The notes beneath the pieces are model-generated. The model was given only the letters and a program-made list of their open reading frames with translations. It did not search any database and was not told the DNA's origin. Below, one piece after another: positions 63,067 to 64,000 of a DNA stretch of 64,000 nucleotides. Numbering within the stretch: the first letter of the stretch is position 1; each line of letters opens with the position of its first letter. Position numbers and translations under genes: made by a program. The stretch is taken from positions 4,544,001-4,608,000 of the forward strand of contig OY771506.1 of NCBI GenBank assembly GCA_963674705.1, in the 5' to 3' direction. This stretch comes from Phycisphaeraceae bacterium (GTDB lineage Bacteria > Planctomycetota > Phycisphaerae > Phycisphaerales > Phycisphaeraceae).

Positions 63067-64000
63067 CCTGCCCGGAGGTTTGTTTTGATTTATTGATCGT
63101 CCAGACGGTTAGCTGTTCCAGGGATCGGTCGGAGCGTGCGGGCAGCAGGCAGCCGACGAGGTATCCGCTGAAGAACATGACGATGTTGCCGATGATCCCC
63201 GTGTAGTAGAGATCGAAGGGTACATTGATCGCATCCGGCAGAATATTCGGCGCCTTGGCGGCGATCACGGTCCAACCTGTGAAGATGATCGTAAGCACGA
63301 TCCCGAACCAGACGGCACGCGCATCGCCGCGCGTCGTGAAAAAGCCGAGCGCATAGACGCCAAACAGGCCTGCCGCCAGGAGCGAGACGAGTATCGCGGC
63401 TGTGTCTTCAAGTGTCTTGGTCGGGACGATGCTGAGGATCACCGCCCCCCCGATCATCATCACACCGGCCGCGGTCGCGACGGCCCATGCAACCTTCAGG
63501 TAGTGGCGTTCGCTGGCTTGCTTGACCATGTGCCTGCGGTAGAAGTCTGTGACGGCGACGGTTGAGATGGCGTTGATCGAAGAGTCGAGCGAACTCATCG
63601 CGGCGGCGAGCGCGGCGGCGATCACGAGCCCTGCCACGCCGACGGGCAGGTAATTGAGGATGAAGAACGGGAGGATGTGCTCGGACTTCATCGAGCCGTC
63701 GAGCATGGCTTGGGACTCGGGCGTCGGGAAGTGATGGAAGTATGCAAACAGCGACGTGCCGAGGAAGCGGTAGAACGCCCAGAGCGGGATGCTTGCCAGG
63801 ACGCATATGAGCATGGCTTTGCGTGCCTCTGTCATTGAGCGCGATGTACAGTAGCGCTGGACGATGTTCTGGTTACATGCGTATTCGGTGAGCCAGATGA
63901 CGAAGCCTGCGAGGAAAAGCATGGTGATTGTTTTGTGTTGCAGCGTGATGCCCCAGCCGATGTCGTGCGGCACGCCGTCACGCCATTCCGCAACAGAGAG
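63047..64000 (-). CDS. Sodium:solute symporter, 5' end outside the window; paralogue of 8242..9815
   Basis: QNIVQRY, AAAMSSLDSSINAISTV, VPFDLYYTG, LEQLTVW are shared with the 8242 copy. Confidence 0.92.
   Translation of the reverse strand, partial: LSVAEWRDGVPHDIGWGITLQHKTITMLFLAGFVIWLTEYACNQNIVQRYCTSRSMTEARKAMLICVLASIPLWAFYRFLGTSLFAYFHHFPTPESQAMLDGSMKSEHILPFFILNYLPVGVAGLVIAAALAAAMSSLDSSINAISTVAVTDFYRRHMVKQASERHYLKVAWAVATAAGVMMIGGAVILSIVPTKTLEDTAAILVSLLAAGLFGVYALGFFTTRGDARAVWFGIVLTIIFTGWTVIAAKAPNILPDAINVPFDLYYTGIIGNIVMFFSGYLVGCLLPARSDRSLEQLTVWTINKSKQTSGQVEVAEV

Overview
A 64-kb window from a GC-rich bacterium, most likely Planctomycetota, class Phycisphaerae (inferred from DUF1559-type prepilins, a LEPRxLL protein and PEP-CTERM proteins with GDLNGDGFVGLDDLD dockerin-like repeats). 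Almost all of it concerns carbohydrate uptake, carbohydrate catabolism and cell-surface proteins. (i) 1-13.7 kb: a prepilin, a beta-helix enzyme, XylR-like and GntR regulators, an oxidoreductase/aldolase/epimerase set, a decaying SSS-ribokinase-DapA-AraC cassette and a sulfatase. (ii) 14.7-41.4 kb: a + strand, PUL-like locus with no SusC/SusD. It holds PEP-CTERM proteins, a GH43::2-hydroxyacid dehydrogenase fusion, a DUF1559 pilin with a neighbouring membrane protein and SSS transporter, two paralogues of an uncharacterised secreted enzyme family, tandem LacI genes, GH127/146 and GH36. A shared TTGGGAA promoter motif recurs across it. (iii) 41.7-57.2 kb: three giant surface proteins (pentapeptide-repeat, autotransporter-repeat, and a frameshifted LEPRxLL/FG-GAP protein). 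(iv) 57.5-64 kb: an apparently intact SSS-nucleoside hydrolase-DapA-URO-D-ribokinase-URO-D operon paralogous to the decayed cassette. No rRNA, tRNA, CRISPR array or transposase was seen. All family calls come from recognising motifs by eye; no database search was run.
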